From Pseudomonadota bacterium (GTDB lineage: Bacteria > Bdellovibrionota_B > Oligoflexia > Oligoflexales > CAIMVM01), in contig JBAXBA010000050.1 of assembly GCA_037142195.1 (NCBI GenBank), positions 1 to 25,960 on the forward strand: a stretch of DNA of 25,960 nucleotides, in the 5' to 3' direction. Numbering within the stretch: the first letter of the stretch is position 1; the number at the start of each line of letters is the position of its first letter. The notes below the pieces were generated by a model. The model did not search any database. It saw only the letters and a program-made list of their open reading frames with translations, and was not told the origin of the DNA. Below, piece by piece: positions 24,539 through 25,960 of the stretch. Made by a program: the position numbers and the translations under genes.

Positions 24539-25960
24539 TTAGACGGGAATTTTCTTCCACCCTCTGCGATTTGGAGTAGTAAGGGATACTTTTTCTCCTA
24601 AAACCTCTTTAGCCGCTCTTTCTCCAGATTGAATGGCACCATTCATATAACCCCACCAGTCTGGACTAGTATGTTCACCAGCAAAAAGGAATTTCCCTTT
24701 CAATTCGGTCTCGCCTTCACAGCCAAAAAGGGAAGTGTACTGTCCCATCTTGGGGCTCGTGTAGCTTCCGCGAGCTAGGGGTGTGCTTGGCCAATGCTGC
24801 ATTTGGGAGTTTCCGTCGTGCAGCTGGGCCATGCCTGGCCAAAACGCATCTAAATCATCTAACATTCGCTTGAGATTGGTTTCTGGTAGGGCTTTGACGC
24901 CGTCGTTTCCGGCTAAAAAATTGGTCAAAATGCCTGAGTTTCCAGCTTGTAGTCGACTGGTTTCCCAAACCATGCCCATGGCAAGATCCGTAGTAAGCAT
25001 TCCCGTGGAAGGGGGAACTTGACCAAGGCCTTTTCTCCAAGCTTTGCCAGTGAAACCTGCCATGTGTTTGACATTCATTCCATATCCTAGCTCTGCAATC
25101 GATTTCTTTTTAACAGGGCTAAGATCGAGATTTTGAATCCCATCCACGAGACGTAACGTCGAGAATGGCAAAGTGCAAATAACTTGATCCGCAGTAACTT
25201 CTAAAGTACCTCCCCCTGATTTATCAAATACCAATTCCAAGCCTCTACTGGATTCTCGAATGGCTCTTAAGATATGACCGCGATGGATTCCAATTTGATT
25301 CTCCAGTTTTTTCCCTAAACGATCTGTAATTTGAGCGTTCCCGCCCTTAACTCTTCTGGTTTCATCGCTGGAGCCGTACCAAGTAAATCCATCAGTAAGG
25401 TCTGTGTCTGCAATGGAAAGAAAGTTCAGTGCCGACTGGTTAAACAAGTCATCGCCATACTCCGTTAAATAAGATTTTGAGAGTAATTCTATAATCCAAG
25501 ATTCCGTGAATGACCTTTTTGAGGAAAAATACTCTTGCAGGGACATTCTGTCAAATTTCAAGATAGCTTCATGTTCGCGCGTTCTTTGCGATGTTTCTTG
25601 AGGAATGGAATTATAAGTGATCGATTCAACCCCTTTGGGGAAGGCCTCTGCAATGTCCTTGGCAACGCTTTTTAAAAATGGTTTTAAATCCCTATAGAGA
25701 TCTTCTTCAGTATATCTTTTGCCATTATAGTAAAACAGCTCGCCAATGGCCCCTTTATCGCCTGGTGCATACAATTCGATTTCTAATCCTAACTCTTCTG
25801 CTAAAGGAATGAGGTTGTTATTTAAGGTATCAACGAGTTCAGCGCCTCGTTCGATAAATTGACCGTCTTTATTGAAGGAACGTTGGGTCCAAATGCGGCC
25901 GCCGAGTCTGCTTTCTTCACCCTCATAAACACTCGAAAATACGCCCTTTTGCATGAGTCG
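24539..25960 (-). CDS. Flavin-dependent amine/L-amino-acid oxidase family protein (5' end outside the window)
   Basis: YE..SRLGGRIWT, ERGAELV, VKGGNAQI, ADQVICTLP, RGSY, FAGEHTS..GYMNGAIQSGERAA. The frame stays open to the window edge (..RLMQKG) and the N-terminal GxGxxG is absent, so the true start lies beyond 25960. Confidence 0.9.
   Translation of the reverse strand, partial: RLMQKGVFSSVYEGEESRLGGRIWTQRSFNKDGQFIERGAELVDTLNNNLIPLAEELGLEIELYAPGDKGAIGELFYYNGKRYTEEDLYRDLKPFLKSVAKDIAEAFPKGVESITYNSIPQETSQRTREHEAILKFDRMSLQEYFSSKRSFTESWIIELLSKSYLTEYGDDLFNQSALNFLSIADTDLTDGFTWYGSSDETRRVKGGNAQITDRLGKKLENQIGIHRGHILRAIRESSRGLELVFDKSGGGTLEVTADQVICTLPFSTLRLVDGIQNLDLSPVKKKSIAELGYGMNVKHMAGFTGKAWRKGLGQVPPSTGMLTTDLAMGMVWETSRLQAGNSGILTNFLAGNDGVKALPETNLKRMLDDLDAFWPGMAQLHDGNSQMQHWPSTPLARGSYTSPKMGQYTSLFGCEGETELKGKFLFAGEHTSPDWWGYMNGAIQSGERAAKEVLGEKVSLTTPNRRGWKKIPV

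Overview
An ordinary-looking bacterial chromosomal segment. I found no rRNA, tRNA, CRISPR array or transposase. The gene mix (a TIGR02147/DUF4423-type HTH regulator, many orphan Cys-rich lipoproteins, sigma28- and sigma54-like promoter motifs) suggests a Bdellovibrionota/Oligoflexia-like organism; this is an inference. Recognisable genes are a MukF homologue, a Sel1 + pseudo-receiver protein, two exported phosphatase-fold proteins with altered motifs, an outer-membrane beta-barrel, a C39-like peptidase, a DUF1499 protein, a TrmJ/LasT-trmO-lipoprotein operon, a CBS protein, rapA, a class II Fic protein and a 5'-truncated flavin amine oxidase. The best candidate for an undescribed system is 19222-23024. 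It has a perfect 23-bp palindrome plus degenerate copies upstream of a four-gene cassette in which two diverged paralogous lipoproteins flank a TIGR02147 regulator and a secreted multidomain protein. All family assignments come from motifs recognised by eye; no searches were run.
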